Shown: positions 1 to 14,351, counted from the stretch's first letter. The stretch is 64,000 nt of DNA from Nemertoderma westbladi (GCA_032718475.1 JAUCBJ010001457.1:1-64000), one strand, 5' to 3'. Notes: generated by a model not told the origin, from the sequence alone. A program made the numbers and translations.

Positions 1-643
1 GTAGATAGTGTATTCATAAAAATGGTACAGTAGTTAGTGTTTTTAAAAATACCAACAAATCGTATTATTATAATGAATATCAATAGTAAAGTTGGCTTAT
101 CTTTATTTATTTATCCGTGAAAAGAGCCTAGTATTGAAGAAAATAAAATAACGTTATTTCTGCAACAATTTATTAAATAAGATAATTTAAAAAATATGCA
201 CGTAGTTGCACAGATTCGGTCGTATCGTCCTTACCTTATGTTAGAGGCAATGAGTGCGGAAACGAAAAAAATTTTAACAAGTACGAAAATTAGAAAAGAA
301 GGTCTCACCACTCATTTCCAGTATAGACCCCACAGAACTAATTATACTCCTTACAGGCAAAGAGATAACTGGTACTCATTTTAACGACCATTTAAGTAAC
401 AAAGTAAATATGCGCCCTGGTTTGGTTAGTCCCTTTTAAGCATTTGTACCAAAACGAAAACTATCCTGGCCCGCCTGCAGGGGTAGAACCCCACGACCTC
501 TGGAGCGATATTAATTCAAGGAAATGGATTTAAATGCTACGCTAGGCTTGAAAAAATTGAATATATGCGTGTTTGTATTAGAACACGATCCTTAAAAATA
601 CAAAGTATGCTGTCATGTTGTTCGTTCAATATTCTCAAATTAA

Positions 644-897
644 CAATAAACACTATATTGCAATGTTCTAGAGTTAATATACGGAAATAAAAACCTTCAG
701 CGAATAAAACTGTAATAATCACTTCTGCCTTATCCTTCAGCAAATTAACCTAATATAATAACCTCGGCCTGCGGCCACGGTAATTATACAGGTTAATTTG
801 CTTCTGGAACGGCATCAGTGATTATTCAGCTTTATTCGCTTCAGGTTATTATTTCCGTATATTAACTCTAGAACATTGCAATATTGTATGTATATTG
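644..897. mobile_element. Palindromic foldback MITE-like element
   Basis: Arms ATATTGCAATGTTCTAGAGTTAATATACGGAAATAA (from 655) and its reverse complement (ending 884), continuing imperfectly inward to a central CCTCGGCCTGCGGCCACGG; no ORF. Confidence 0.8.
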
Positions 898-934
898 ATC
901 CATTGATGTACACCATCAGTCCGGTGGTGCAGTA

Positions 935-1400
935 CTGGTACGGCCACTACTCTTATATGGGAATCCATGATGGACTCTAACTGCGGAAGATAGCAAATCT
1001 CTGGATGACACTTATTCTACTACTACAGTACTACGATCGGCATGCTGCATTGCAGCTGCATTATATTTATATTACTTATATATTAAGAATGCCATGCTGG
1101 CTTATCGACAAAATTGCGCCGCCACAACTCCCTATCACCCATGACATTTGCTAGATCATCCGCATCTTCAAAGGCCAGTGTCCTTTAGGATGCGTCTTAA
1201 GAAAGTCATGGGCTGTCCACTATGCTTATTCACTTCATGAGACCGCCAAAGCACATGATTATGCACTGGCTGGTCCTTACGGCGAAAGCAATGTCCTGCA
1301 AAGCGGATGCGGTTACGTTCAAGTGTCAAGATAAGGGGAGACTAATGACAGTATGGAACACCAACACCTCCAATGTGGTATGTATAGAGTATGATTGGAG
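935..1400 (+). pseudogene. Highly decayed RTE-like non-LTR retrotransposon fragment
   Basis: Manual translation PLLLYGNP*WTLTAEDSKSLDDTYS resembles the RTE post-RT motif LLYGxETWTLT...LDGxYTR, also seen at 36250-36330; many stops and indels. Confidence 0.4.
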
Positions 1401-1758
1401 ATGTGTTCATTGTACTTCATACTTGACACAATGAACCCGGCGTAGCATTCTTCAGTCAGAATTAGGTATTATATTATTGAGTCAGACTCAATGTGCAGTG
1501 AGTTAATTTAATTTAATTGCACCTACTACATGCAGTATGTCTCATGTATGTATGTGCTGTGTAATTTGCTTAGTTCAGTTCTACTGTTTCAGAGTTTGGA
1601 CCAATCGATTTTTGGATATCCTGATTTCTGCCGGTAATCCTGTAGCTATAATCTGTACAGTGTACACCAACACCGTACATAAGCGTTAGTCAGGGTGTGC
1701 GTAGCGCGTAGGTACCGGACCGGTATGGTAGGTACTCCTACTCTGGTAAATTCTATAA

Positions 1759-3453
1759 ATGGCAGAAGAAAAGTTTAAATTTAATGAAGAACAATTAATT
1801 GAATTGTTAGTTAATTTCTCAAAGTCGGCTTACAGAGCAAGTGAAATCACACCGTTTATTGAGGAAGTTCAAAACCGTACACTATTGCTATTCTCTAAGG
1901 ATTACCAATACTCTGTAATATCCAACCAAAATGGCGAACTTTGCGGTCATTATCCTACCAAAATAGTCTTACTTGAGTCGCATTTCAACGCAACATCTGC
2001 GCCCGCGAAAACGAGAGCGTTTGAAAATGGATCCGTAGACACCGTGGGAAACGGCGCCGAATCCGGGAGAAAATTTTATGATGATAAGAGCCACTCGAAC
2101 AACCCGAAGAAACTGCGGGATCTGTTCGTGAGGTCGAGATTGGCGCGGTGTCGTTCTCGATTCGTCATTCCGGTTATTTTGTACGAAGGTAAATATGTAT
2201 GCCGATCGGCGACTTTATCCTCGACTGCAGAGGTTTACGGTAAGAGCAGCTACGACTACCTGTTCTCCGGAAGTTCTACTTCCACGAGCGACGACCCCGG
2301 TGAGTTTAGTCGAGGCGCCGGAAACATTTCTAGCGGATACGGAAGCAGCGAAGCCCAAATATTCAACCGAATTCGCGGACAAGATATTAAACTCCTTAAA
2401 AACCTCCGAATAAAATATATCTGCGATCTGATGGTGGAGAATAAAAAAGTTAAGTTTTATCTCAATTTAACTTCAAGCGAAAAAGTGGATAAGCGGAACC
2501 GGTACTCGGAATTCTCGTTATTAGCGATCCCGTACCCCGGTGTCGAGTTCTTCTGTCTCTTTAAGGAAAACAACTACCGTACAGACGGACTCGTATTCGA
2601 CTGGAGCCAGAGTTTTGTTGACTCCAAACTCATGATCCCCGAGTCAGTTTCAGGTCGCCTCAACGTCGACTGGTCCCGTTACAAACTTTGGGACATCAGC
2701 AACCTCTCCCAGAACTACATGAAGCTGCTAATCCGACTGCTAAGCAATGAGGATGACTCTAGTCTGCTGGTTCACTGCATCTCGGGGTGGGATCGGACCT
2801 CTCTGTTTGTCTCGTTGCTTCGTATCTCCCTGTGGGCCGACGGCCTGGCCCATCAGAGTCTCAGCGCTGCGGAGCTCGTCTACCTAACCGTCGCCTACGA
2901 CTGGTACCTCTTCGGACACAACCTCCCCGAGCGTCTCGACAAGGGCGAGGACATCTTCTACTTCTGTTTCTACTTTCTTCGTTACTTAGCGGGGGAGGAT
3001 TACAGCGTGTCGTCCCGACGGAGTAGGAGCTACTCGGAGCGGAGCAGCACCGAGAGTTTCGTGTTCCTCGGGGACGGACAGAGCGGCAGTGACGTGTCGC
3101 TCAGCTCGTTCTCTAGTCTCCCGGACGCCGGATTGAGTTCGAGTCAGTTCACGGTGACGCCGGTTGCCAACGGGGACGGGGAGGCGATGGGAGGGTCCCA
3201 CCACCGACGGGAGGGTTCCGGTAGCAGCTGCTCCGATATCGATGTCTCCTCCACCCGTCGCAGACAACGTCTCGAGTCTGTCTCCGCGCTCTTCCAGTCG
3301 GCCTACGGTAAGGCCATCGGGTTCCACTACCCCGGGACCTCGACCTCTGTGACCGGGGCCATCTCCAACGTATTAGACTGGGCGACCAGCGCAGGGAGGG
3401 GGATGTTCTATAAAAACAGTATGAGAGATGGATGCCACATTGAGACAGATTGA
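1759..3453 (+). CDS. MTMR14: Myotubularin-related protein 14 (Jumpy)-like phosphoinositide phosphatase, single coding exon
   Basis: 564-aa ORF with the CX5R P-loop VHCISGWDRT and MTMR14-specific segments (ARCRSRFVIPVI, ICDLMVENKKVKF, IPYPGVEFF, YDWYLFGHNL, GEDIFYFCFYFL). Confidence 0.93.
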   Translation: MAEEKFKFNEEQLIELLVNFSKSAYRASEITPFIEEVQNRTLLLFSKDYQYSVISNQNGELCGHYPTKIVLLESHFNATSAPAKTRAFENGSVDTVGNGAESGRKFYDDKSHSNNPKKLRDLFVRSRLARCRSRFVIPVILYEGKYVCRSATLSSTAEVYGKSSYDYLFSGSSTSTSDDPGEFSRGAGNISSGYGSSEAQIFNRIRGQDIKLLKNLRIKYICDLMVENKKVKFYLNLTSSEKVDKRNRYSEFSLLAIPYPGVEFFCLFKENNYRTDGLVFDWSQSFVDSKLMIPESVSGRLNVDWSRYKLWDISNLSQNYMKLLIRLLSNEDDSSLLVHCISGWDRTSLFVSLLRISLWADGLAHQSLSAAELVYLTVAYDWYLFGHNLPERLDKGEDIFYFCFYFLRYLAGEDYSVSSRRSRSYSERSSTESFVFLGDGQSGSDVSLSSFSSLPDAGLSSSQFTVTPVANGDGEAMGGSHHRREGSGSSCSDIDVSSTRRRQRLESVSALFQSAYGKAIGFHYPGTSTSVTGAISNVLDWATSAGRGMFYKNSMRDGCHIETD

Positions 3454-4436
3454 GGGGTTGTTAACCTCTCTATTTAATTAGCTTTAAATTATATTTTTAA
3501 TTCCTTTTGTTTATTGGAACAATTTGATTATAGATTAACAATTATATCGTTGATAGAAATAAATTCACTATAGCTGGAGGTTTTTTTAATATCGTATTTT
3601 TTGCTGATTACAAAAATTAGTGTTCCAAACTTACAATGGGGCCAGTTAGGGTTAGGGTTGTGCTCTTTTTATAAAGTTTTTTTACGCTGCTTGAAACTTA
3701 GTGTCCATGTCCAAAAAATCAAATTATATACCAGCGATGCTTTTTCTCTACCTACCATGATACCACTCACCATACCAGAAGGGTGTCTAACTATCCATAG
3801 GTGTAACTACCAATAGGTGGGAAGGAAAGGGGCCACTTATACACCAAGGTTGAACACTCACTAGCAAACTCTTAACTTGGTGTTGGTTTAACCTTCAACA
3901 TTATAATAATTTATAATATATCATATTATTTACTATCTCTACTCAGTATGAGGTAGTTTAATGATATGTGTCACGATGTAAGAGCAGGCCAACTTGCATT
4001 CTAACCACATCAGTGAAGCCAAGCCCTGGGAACATTAACACACCGATATGTAAATAACTCATAATATTTACTTGTACAAGTTATAACAACCCCACCCTAA
4101 ACCAATTAACGTCACTGCCTGTAGTACACTGGAACAGCTGTGGGTCTACAGTTCAATGTATCTTATCAGTTCTGCATTCGCCATTCCCTTACACTTCACA
4201 TTAGATATCATAATAGCTTTACAACTGTACTGTATACTAATTGAATAAATAAGTAATCTAGTAATATTAAAGATTATTATTATTACATTAAGTAAACTTA
4301 TCAGCGTCCTGGTGACAACGCAACAGATTACCAGAGTTATGGCCTATAGGAAGGAAAAACTGCAAAGTAATCGCTAACTTAGTAACTATAAACTTCCAGA
4401 ACACGTTAACTATTATTCCTTGGTGATAAGGAAGGT

Positions 4437-4485
4437 CTTCTAGAACATAGTATTTATTTATTTCATAAATACTATGTTCTAGAAG
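4437..4485. repeat. Perfect 21-bp-stem hairpin
   Basis: CTTCTAGAACATAGTATTTAT - 7-nt loop - ATAAATACTATGTTCTAGAAG. Confidence 0.85.
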
Positions 4486-5016
4486 TCCAATGTAATATAT
4501 TACGATAGCCTTGATTAGGATAACTGTAAGATTGTTTACCGCGCAGTTGTTATAGTAACTATAACTAATTAATTACATGCAAATGATATGAATTTAATTA
4601 ATATTCCCTAACATATTTTACATTATTTAAATATTAAAGCTAATAATTAAGCATTCGGGATGCAGATAAATTGACATGATGTAACAAAATTACGTACAAC
4701 ATTGTGTAATAATGGGTGTTTATATTTATAAATGAATCTTTGCGCGATGTATACTATAGGCCTAATTACATAGTTCCTCACGATTTACAAGTAAATGCGT
4801 CGCCGATTGGTGCAAAATGGCCTCGGAACATATTGCAATTAGTGACATAAATATATATGTACAGTCATGGAAATGTCATTGTAGTAGTAAGCGGCAAGTC
4901 TGGCGGGTTGATTATTAAGCGCCACGATGAGGTGCGTGAAGTCTTTGGGGACACATCGCCGAGGTGGTCGGCAGCTCCAGCGTGGAGCGCGAGGTGACCC
5001 TCTCCCGCCCAGGGGC

Positions 5017-8000
5017 ACTACTCCACCCGTACTCCATCCATACTCCACCCGTACTCCAATCGTACTCCACCCGTACTCCACCCGTACTCCACCCGTACTC
5101 CACCCATACTCCACCCGTACTCCACCCTACTCATCGTCTCCACTCGTACTCCACTCGTACTCCACCCGTACTCCACCCATACTCCACCCGTACTCCACCC
5201 ATACTCCACCCGTACTCCACCCATACTCCATCTACTCCACCAGTACTCCACCCATACTCCACCCATACTCCACCCGTACTCCATCGTACTCCACCCGTAC
5301 TCCACTCGTACTCCACCCGTACTCCACCCGTACTCCACTCGTACTCCACCCGTACTCCATTCGTACTCCACCCATACTCCACCCGTACTCCACCCGTACT
5401 CCACCCATACTCCACTCGTACTCCACTCGTACTCCACCCGAACTCCATTCGTACTCCACCCGTACTCCGCTTGTAATCCACTCACTCCACCCATACTCCA
5501 CCCGTACTCCACCCGTACTCCACCCGTACTCCACCCATACTCCACCCGTACTCCACCCATACTCACTCGTATCCACTCGTACTCCACCCATACTCCACCC
5601 GTACTCCACTCGTACTCCACCCGTACTCCTCTCGTACTCCACCCGTACTCCACCCGTACTCCACTCGTACTCCACCCGTACTACACCCATACTCCACTCG
5701 TACTCCACCCGCACTCCACTCGTACTCCACCCATACTCCACCCATACTCCACCCGTACTCCACCCGTACTCCACCCGTACTCCACCCGTACTCCACCCGT
5801 ACTCCATTCGTACTCCACCCATACTCCACTCGTACTCCACCCATACTCCACTCGTACTCCACCCGTACTCCATTCGTACTCCACCCGTACTCCACTCGTA
5901 CTCCATTCGTACTCCACCCATACTCCACTCGTACTCCACCCGTACTCCATTCGTACTCCATCCATACTCCACCCGTACTCCACCCATACTCCTCCCGTAC
6001 TCCACCCGTACTCCACCCGTACTCCACCCGTACTCCACCCATACTCCGCTCGTACTCCACCCATACTCCACTCGTACTCCACCCATACTCCACTCGTACT
6101 CCACCCGTACTCCATTCGTACTCCACCCATACTCCACTCGTACTCCACCCGTACTCCACCCATACTCCACTCGTACTCCACTCACGTACTCCACCCGTAC
6201 TCCACCCGTACTCCACCCATACTCCACCCGTACTCCACCCATACTCCACTCGTACTCCACCCGTACTCCATCCGTACTCCTCTCGTACTCCACTCGTACT
6301 CCACCCGTACTCCGCTCGTACTCCACTCGTACTCCACCCGTACTCCACTCGTACTCCACTCGTACTCCACTCGTACTTCACCCGTACTCCACCCGTACTC
6401 CACCCATACTCCATTCGTACTCCACCCATACTCCACTCGTACTCCACCCGTACTCCACCCATACTCTACTCGTATTCCACTCGTACTCCACCCATACTCC
6501 ACCCATACTCCACTCGTACTCCACCCGTACTCCACCCATACTCCACTCGTACTCCACTCACACTCCACCCGTACTCCTCTCGTACTCCACCCGTACTCCA
6601 CTCGTACTCCACCCGTACTCCACTCGTACTACATTCGTACACCACCCATACTCCACTCGTACTCCCATACTACACTCGTACTCCACTCGTACTCCACCCA
6701 TACTCCACTCGTACTCCACCCGTACTCCACTCGTACTCCACCCATACTCCACTCGTACTCCACCCATACTCCACCCATACTCCACCCGTACTCCACCCGT
6801 ACTCCACCCGTACTCCACCCGTACTCCACCCGTACTCCACTCGTACTCCACTCGTACTCCACCCGTACTCCACCCGTACTCCACCCATACTCCACTCGTA
6901 CTCCACTCACACTCCACCCGTACTCCTCTCGTACTCCACCCGTACTCCACTCGTACTCCACCCGTACTCCACTCGTACTCCACCCGTACTCCACTCGTAC
7001 TCCACTCGTACTCCACCCGTACTCCACCCATACTCCACCCGTACTCCACCCATACTCCACCCGTACTCCACCCATACTCCACTCGTACTCCACCCGTACT
7101 CCATCCGTACTCCTCTCGTACTCCACTCGTACTCCACCCGTACTCCACCCGTACTCCACTCGTACTCCACTCGTACTCCACCCGTACTCCACCCATACTC
7201 CACCCGTACTCCACCCATACTCCACCCGTACTCCACCCATACTCCACTCGTACTCCACCCGTACTCCATCCGTACTCCTCTCGTACTCCACTCGTACTCC
7301 ACCCATACTCCACCCGTACTCCACCCGTACTCCACCCGTACTCCACCCGTACTCCACCCGTACTCCACTCGTACTCCACTCGTACTCCACCCGTACTCCA
7401 CCCGTACTCCACCCATACTCCACTCGTACTCCACTCACACTCCACCCGTACTCCTCTCGTACTCCACCCGTACTCCACTCGTACTCCACCCGTACTCCAC
7501 TCGTACTCCACTCGTACTCCACCCGTACTCCACCCGTACTCCACTCGTACTCCACCCGTACTCCACCCATACTCCACCCGTACTCCACCCATACTCCACC
7601 CGTACTCCACCCATACTCCACTCGTACTCCACCCGTACTCCATCCGTACTCCTCTCGTACTCCACTCGTACTCCACCCGTACTCCGCTCGTACTCCACTC
7701 GTACTCCACCCGTACTCCACTCGTACTCCACTCGTACTCCACTCGTACTTCACCCGTACTCCACCCGTACTCCACCCATACTCCATTCGTACTCCACCCA
7801 TACTCCACTCGTACTCCACCCGTACTCCACCCATACTCTACTCGTATTCCACTCGTACTCCACCCATACTCCACCCATACTCCACTCGTACTCCACCCGT
7901 ACTCCACCCATACTCCACTCGTACTCCACTCACACTCCACCCGTACTCCTCTCGTACTCCACCCGTACTCCACTCGTACTCCACCCGTACTCCACTCGTA

Positions 8001-9808
8001 CTACATTCGTACACCACCCATACTCCACTCGTACTCCCATACTACACTCGTACTCCACTCGTACTCCACCCATACTCCACTCGTACTCCACCCGTACTCC
8101 ACTCGTACTCCACCCATACTCCACTCGTACTCCACCCATACTCCACCCATACTCCACCCGTACTCCACTCGTACTCCACCCATACTCCACCCATACTCCA
8201 CCCGTACTCCACCCGTACTCCACCCGTACTCCACCCGTACTCCACTCGTACTCCACTCGTACTCCACTCGTACTACATTCGTACTCCACCCATACTCCAC
8301 TCGTACTCCACCCATACTCCACTCGTACTCCACCCGTACTCCACCCGTACTCCACCCATACTCCACTCGTACTCCACTCGTACTCCACCCATACTCCACC
8401 CATACTCCACTCGTACTCCACTCGTACTCCACCCGTACTCCACCCATACTCCACCCGTACTCCACTCGTACTCCACCCGTACTCCACTCGTACTCCACCC
8501 GTACTCCACCCATACTCCACCCGTACTCCACCCATACTCCACCCGTACTCCATCCGTACTCCTCTCGTACTCCACTCGTACTCCACCCGTACTCCGCTCG
8601 TACTCCACTCGTACTCCACCCGTACTCCACCCATACTCCACTCGTACTCCACCCGTACTCCATTCGTACTCCACCCATACTCCACTCGTACTCCACCCGT
8701 ACTCCACCCATACTCCACTCGTACTCCACCCGTACTCTACCCATACTCCACCCGTACTCCACCCATACTCCACCCGTACTCCACCCGTACTCCGCTCGTA
8801 CTCCACTCGTACTCCACCCGTACTCCACCCATACTCCACTCGTACTCCACCCGTACTCCATTCGTACTCCACCCATACTCCACTCGTACTCCACCCGTAC
8901 TCTACCCATACTCCACCCGTATTCCACCCATACTCCACTCGTACTCCACCCGTACTCCACTCGTACTCCACCCGTACTCCATCCGTACTCCACTCGTACT
9001 CCACCCATACTCCACCCGTACTCCACCCATACTCCACTCGTACTCCACCCATACTCCACCCGTACTCCACCCATACTCCACCCGATCTCCACTCGTACTC
9101 CACCCGTACTCCACCCATACTCCACTCGTACTCCACCCGTACTCCATTCGTACTCCACCCATACTCCACTCGTACTCCACCCGTACTCCACCCATACTCC
9201 ACTCGTACTCCACCCGTACTCCACCCATACTCCACTCGTACTCCACCCATACTCCACTCGTACTCCACCCATACTCCACCCGTACTCCACCCATACTCCA
9301 TCCGATCTCCACTCGTACTCCACCCGTACTCCACCCATACTCCACTCGTACTCCACCCCTACTCCACTCGTACTCCACCCATACTCCACCCGTACTCCAT
9401 TCGTACTCCACCCATACTCCACTCGTACTCCACCCGTACTCCACCCATACTCCACTCGTACTCCACCCGTACTCCACCCGTACTCCAATCGTACTCCACC
9501 CGTACTCCACCCATACTCCACCCGTACTCCACCTATACTCCACCCGTACTCCACCCGTACTCCACCCGTACTCCTCTCGTACTCCACTCGTACTCCACCC
9601 GTACTCCGCTTGTACTCCACCCGTACTCCACCCGTACTCCACTCGTACTTCACCCGTACTCCACCCATACTCCATTCGTACTCCACCCATACTCCACCCG
9701 TACTCCACCCGTACTCCACCCATACTCCACCCATACTCCACTCGTACTCCACCCGTACTCCATTCGTACTCCACCCATACTCCACTCGTACTCCACCCAT
9801 ACTCCACC
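5017..9808. repeat. 4.8-kb minisatellite, 11-bp unit TACTCCACCCG (variants ...CCA, ...TCG)
   Basis: Directly visible tandem array of more than 400 units, C-rich on the + strand. Confidence 0.98.
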
Positions 9809-10384
9809 GGGAGAAAAATTGCAATTTACTGCAACTAAATCTGAAGAGTGGGATAGAAAGGCAATATTAAGAATAACTATTTATATCACGCTGCATAAAG
9901 TACCACTTTATAGGAAAACAGTTGGTACTTGATTATTTATACGTAATTGTATTCAAAAATTGAAATGACGGAAAAATGTTCATGTTAATCTCATTACTTC
10001 GGCACATCGCCCGAAAGACAGGAGACGACAACTACAACTGGAATTCCGAACCAACCAACAGTCTACTGGGACTGAGATTGCTTCTACCCATTGTTTGAAC
10101 TTCTTCTATAGGCTAAACCATAAGTAAACAGGACGCCGACTTCCGCTCGTAGGAATCGTTGACTCGGTGATTCGTGGACGCTTTTGGAGACGATATCCGA
10201 ACTTTTACCAGATTCCGCAGTTCCGGGTTACTATGTTGACAACATCCATGACGCTCGCCAGAAATTGATCACTCTTCTCCTCCTGGAGTTTTGACTTTGG
10301 AAAATTAATCTGAAAAATATTATAGATAAATACATTGAAGATACAATAAATGAAACATAATAAAGATAAAGAATGCAGTCTATC

Positions 10385-12092
10385 TTACCCAAACGGCATT
10401 CTACCTTACCCAAACGGCATTATAACATACCCAAACGGCATTCTACCTTACCCAAACGCCACTCAAACGGCATTCTAACATACCCAAACGCCACACAAAC
10501 GGCATTCTACCTTACCCAAATGGCATTCTAACATACCCAAACGCCACCCAAACGGCATTCTAACATACCCAAACGCCACCCAAACGGCATTCTAACATAC
10601 TCAAACGGCATTATAACATACCCGAACGCCACCCAAACGGCATTATACCTTACCCAAACGCCACTCAAACGGCATTCTAACATACCTAAACTCCACCCAA
10701 ACGGCATTCTAACATACCCAAACGCCACCCAAATGGCATTATAACATACCCAAACGCCACTCAAACGGCATTCTACCTTACCCAAACGCCACTCAAACGG
10801 CATTCTAACATACCTAAACGCCACCCAAACGGCATTCTAACATACCCAAACGCCACCCAAACGGCATTCTAACATACCCAAACGCCACCCAAATGGCATT
10901 ATAACATACCCAAACGCCACTCAAACGGCATTCTAACATACCCAAACGCCACCCAAACGGCATTATACCTTACCCAAACGGCATTCTAACATACCCAAAC
11001 GGCATTCTAACATACCCAAACGCCACCCAAACGGCATTCTAACATACTCAAACGCCACCCAAACGGCATTATAACATACCCGAACGCCACCCAAATGGCA
11101 TTATAACATACCCAAACGCCACTCAAACGGCATTCTACCTTACCCAAACGCCACTCAAACGGCATTCTAACATACCTAAACGCCATCCAAACGGCATTCT
11201 AACATACCCAAACGCCACCCAAACGGCATTATAACATACCCAAACGCCACTCAAACGGCATTCTAACATACCTAAACGCCATCCAAACGGCATTCTAACA
11301 TACCCAAACGCCACCCAAACGGCATTATAACAAACCCAAACGCCACTCAAACGGCATTCTACCTTACCCAAACGCCACTCAAACGGCATTCTAACATACC
11401 CAAACGCCACCCAAACGGCATTCTACCTTACCCAAACGGCATTCTAAATTACCCAAACGCCACCCAGGCGGCATTCCAACATATCCAAACGCCACCCAAA
11501 CGGCATTATAACATACCCAAACGCCACCCAAACGGCATTCTAACATACCCAAACGCCACCCAAACGGCATTCTAACATACTCAAACGCCACCCTAACGGC
11601 ATTATAACATACCCAAACGCCACTCAAACGGCATATTCTACCTTACCCAAACGCCACTCAAACGGCATTCTAACATACCCAAACAGCATTCTACCTTACC
11701 CAAACGCCACTCAAACGGCATTCTAACATACCCAAACGCCACCCAAACGGCATTCTAACATACTCAAACGCCACCCTAACGGCATTATACAGTAACATAC
11801 CCAAACGCCACTCAAACGGCATATTCTACCTTACCCAAACGCCACTCAAACGGCATTCTAACATACCCAAACGCCACCCAAACAGCATTCTACCTTACCC
11901 AAACGCCACTCAAACGGCATTCTAACAAACCCAAACGCCACCCAAACGGCATTATAACATACCCAAACGCCACTCAAACGGCATTCTACCTTACCCAAAC
12001 GCCACCCAAACGGCATTATAACATACCCAAACGGCATTCTAACATACCCAAACGCCACCTAAACGGCAGTCTAACATATCCAAACGCCAAAC
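10385..12092. repeat. 1.7-kb minisatellite, composite 32-bp unit (ACCCAAACGCC + ACCCAAACGGCATTCTAACAT)
   Basis: Alternating 11-bp and 21-bp subunits sharing ACCCAAACG; some units lack the 11-bp part. Confidence 0.96.
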
Positions 12093-12250
12093 GTTTATTG
12101 TTTATTTTTGCCTTTTCCAAAACAATACCTCAACGTTATAACGTTTATTGTTTTGGTTAGAAAAGCCCACCCATGTAACCTGATCCTTTACTTTATTATA
12201 AGAATCGGTAATAGGCTTGTCGGTAGTCGGTGTAACATTTACAACCGCAA

Positions 12251-13963
12251 TTGAAATTTAAAGGGGACACTGTTGTCGATGATTGTACTAAGTCCAAAAT
12301 TTTATCTCAGGTTTTTTCTGAAAACTTTACATTAGATAATGACACTTTACCTATTTTTAATCATAGAGTGCCTAATAATATTAGTAAATCAACAATCAAT
12401 TTGTCTCCCTTAAACGTGTATACTATACTTCGTAAAATTGATGCGAAAGTGAGTAATACTCCAGATGGTTTACCTAGCTTCATGTATTCTAAGTTAGCTC
12501 GTTGTTTATGTAGTCCGTTGTCTGTTATATTTAATGTCTCGTTTGTCACTCATGCTTTACCTACTGTGTGGTTAACTGCAAATTTTGTGCCGATATTTAA
12601 GAAGGGCAACCCCACTGACCCATACAATTACCGCCCAGTTTCACTTACCTGTGTAGTGTGCAAGCTAATGGAACTCTGTGTTAAATCCGAACTAGCTGAT
12701 TACTTACGAACGAATAAAATTATAACGAAGGCGCAACACGGATTCATGAAACGTCGATCCACATGCACCTAGCTTTTAACCTGTTCAAACGAATGGTTTA
12801 AGGTATTTAGACTTTCGCCATAAAGTTGATGTGGTGTACATTGACTTAGCCAAAGCATTCGATTCGGTTGTGCACAATAAATTGATCAACAAATTAGCTA
12901 GTTACGGAATTACTGGTAACTTATTACTTTGGATTGGTGCGTTCCTTAGTGATCGTAGACAATGTGTAGTTGTTGGTAATAGTACCTCGGAATTTGTAAA
13001 GGTTATATCTGGTACTGTACAAGGCAGTGTACTGGGGCCGCTATTGTTCCTGCTACTGTATATGTAAACGATCTTCCTGCACAACTAGAAAACGTTTCCT
13101 GTGATCTATTTGCAGATGACTTAAAAATACACGCGTGTTCATCTGATAGCGATTTGCTTCACGCAGCACTTCGTAGTCTGGAGAAGTGGACAGCCGAATG
13201 GCAACTTACTATAGCGGCTCACAAGTGCACTGTAGTTCATTTTGGTGGTAAACAAATAGATGTCCCGGAACAATATTTTCTTAAAGGTATGTTACTTAAG
13301 CCCGATACAGAATGTAGAGATTTAGGCGTAACTTTTAGCGATAATTTAAAATTCGATCGACATTGTAAAGTTCAAGCTGCTAAAGGTTTTAAGATCGCAA
13401 ATTTAATTTTTAGGTGCTTCCATACCAGTAATGTAAAAGCTTTATTAACGGCATATAAAGCGTACGTTCGGCCGCTGGTAGAATATTGTACTCCCGTATG
13501 GTCCCCTTTCCAACTGGGCTCCATTGATCTGATCGAAAGAGTCCAGCGTTATTTCACGCGTAGGTTATTTGCTCGATGCCGACTAGGTAATATAACCTAC
13601 ACGGAGCGTTTGCAGTTTTTGGACTTACAACCTCTAGAAGTCCGTAGGTTAATTTTCGATTTAAAAATGACATACTCCATTATTCACAATTGTGTTGATT
13701 TGGATTTTGATTCCTTTTTCACTGGTGCGAGTACACTTAACACAAGAGGTCATAATTTTAAACTGTTTCAATATCGCGCTAGACTCCAAATTACTAAATT
13801 TCGTTTTAGTAACCGAGTTGTTTCAATTTGGAATAATTTATCGGATGACATAGTGAACTCATCCAACAAAAATATTTTTACGTCTAGATTGAAGGAGGCA
13901 AATCTACTAACCTATTGTAAATTTAATCGATTGTTATTATTTAATACTTCAATTTTATTTTAA
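12251..13963 (+). mobile_element. 5'-truncated, inactivated CR1-type non-LTR retrotransposon (ORF2 RT)
   Basis: Collinear motifs PIFKKG..NYRPVSLT, QHGF, YIDLAKAFDSV, QGSVLGPLLF, LFADDLK (about 13107), DLGV, IERVQRYFTR, TRGHNFKL, FSNRVVSIWNNL; in-frame stops near 12770 and 12820 and a frameshift near 13060; no endonuclease domain. Confidence 0.92.
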
Positions 13964-14351
13964 TTTAATTTAATTTAATATCAATATTTTTAGACAATGA
14001 TATTGAATTACCCTGTATTTTTATACTGTATATATGTATTTAATTTTTTAGACTGGGCAAGTTTTACTGGACTGCCAAGTCGATTTTAATGTATGTTGTC
14101 TTACTAGATATATTTTACTGGACTGCATAGACGTTGGAAATCAAATTTTCTTACTGTAGGCTAATTTTATTATGTCAAATTCATTTCTTAATGTATGTTT
14201 TTATGTCACACTAATGTTTTTACTGCATATTTTTTTAGACTGAGACTATTCATGCAATATTGTTAGTTGTCGGTATTGTACATGGCTGCATGGATTAATA
14301 TTAAGTTGTAGATATTTAGTGTTGTCTTTCACCTATTAGTGTTAATTTTTA

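Noticed and set aside
4927-9870. 1647-aa ORF and many antisense ORFs (YSTRTPPVLHP / VEYGWSTGGVR repeats)
   Set aside because: Arise automatically from an 11-bp unit without stop codons; all frames give the same peptide; no unique domain.
9980-10310. GC-richer island between two satellites as a possible exon
   Set aside because: A short - strand frame with AG/GT boundaries exists but has no recognisable homology or partner exons.
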